IMG/VR virus record: IMGVR_UViG_3300003320_000853
Source of the DNA: a virus
Taxonomy: Duplodnaviria; Caudoviricetes
Strand: one strand, 5' to 3'
DNA length: 64,000 nucleotides
Shown here: positions 63,484-64,000 of the stretch, piece after piece
Layout of the letters: every line of letters begins with the position of its first letter
Position numbering within the stretch: position 1 is the first letter of the stretch
The notes under the pieces: model-generated
Told to the model about the DNA's origin: nothing
The model's input: the letters and a program-made list of their open reading frames with translations, nothing else
The model's database searches: none
Program-made: the position numbers and the translations under genes

Positions 63484-63794
63484 TGCCTCCTCCCATCTAC
63501 AAGCCGACCATGCAGATCGTGGACTACGCCTACCTCCTCAGCCCGAGGAGGCGTTCGGTGGACGAGGCCGAGCTGGCCCGTCTCCGAGACGTCGTCCTAC
63601 GTCTTCGGATGGCGAAGAACGCGGGTGGCGAGCGGTACGACACTGCGCTCAAGAACCGCGATGCGCCCGCCCCGCTCGTCAAGATTCTGCCCGAGGGCCG
63701 CAAGCACTACATTTCCTGCCTTACCGATGAGGCTGTGCAGCGCTTGTTGCGGCCCACGGCGTGGGAGCACCTCCTCCAGGATGAGGGCCTCTGA
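63483..63794 (+). CDS. Hypothetical protein with C-terminal tag (RPTAWEHLLQDEGL*)
   Basis: TGATG overlap; tag. Confidence 0.75.
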   Translation: MPPPIYKPTMQIVDYAYLLSPRRRSVDEAELARLRDVVLRLRMAKNAGGERYDTALKNRDAPAPLVKILPEGRKHYISCLTDEAVQRLLRPTAWEHLLQDEGL

Positions 63795-64000
63795 TGCCCG
63801 GCGAACGGCAGAACGCGAAGATCGTGAATTTCGGCCAGGTTTGGTCGAGACCCTTTGGGCAACACATCCCTGAAGCCGCTGTCCATCGGCTTCACGAACT
63901 TTCCGACGACTTTCACGCCCACATCCAGGACATCCGCAACGTGTTCGAGAATCCGACCCCTGGAGGGAAGGCTCTCCAGTACGAGACGTCTCATCGAATT
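63794..64000 (+). CDS. Hypothetical protein, 5' part (runs off window end)
   Basis: TGATG overlap; frame open to the window end. Confidence 0.5.
   Translation, partial: MPGERQNAKIVNFGQVWSRPFGQHIPEAAVHRLHELSDDFHAHIQDIRNVFENPTPGGKALQYETSHRI

Noticed and set aside
1-64000. Reverse transcriptase/retron/DGR, transposase, structural, rRNA or tRNA genes
   Set aside because: No diagnostic motifs seen in any credible ORF or intergenic region

Overview
High-GC, gene-dense segment that reads like the accessory (early/middle) region of a very large dsDNA phage. The host is possibly myxobacterial, judged from two Cys-rich lipoprotein-like genes. It holds about 120 mostly short, uncharacterised ORFs. I found no structural, integrase, rRNA, tRNA or CRISPR genes. 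Recognisable enzymes centre on nucleotide and NAD metabolism: a CinA/NMNAT-like fusion, ADP-ribosylglycohydrolase, Apt (frameshifted), Prs, Nudix, a YjjX-like ITPase, CYTH, a histidine phosphatase and a 2H phosphoesterase. There are also two AAA+ ATPases, a BI-1/YccA protein and a six-hairpin glycosidase. Three patterns are visible directly in the sequence. (1) At least 15 otherwise unrelated proteins end in the same peptide tag, consensus [P/R]-T-A-W-[E/D/A/S]-x-L-L-x-[D/E]-[D/E]-x-L-stop, which suggests an undescribed sorting or docking system. (2) Two fixed-geometry promoter-like motifs precede most transcription units and imply leaderless mRNAs: class A TTGATC-N16-TGTAG-N7-ATG (about 40 copies) and class B GGTGTA-N10-ATG (about 30 copies). 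Their TGA/TAG/TAA often doubles as the stop codon of the upstream gene, giving a cassette-like layout. (3) A repeat- and hairpin-rich gap at 48.6-48.9 kb coincides with an apparent switch from C-rich to G-rich sequence, making it a candidate replication origin. Several structured non-coding RNA candidates and host-mimic mini-proteins (EF-Tu domain II-like, STAS-like, DMP19-like, SSB-tail-like) are also present. All family assignments come from motif recognition by eye; no database searches were run.
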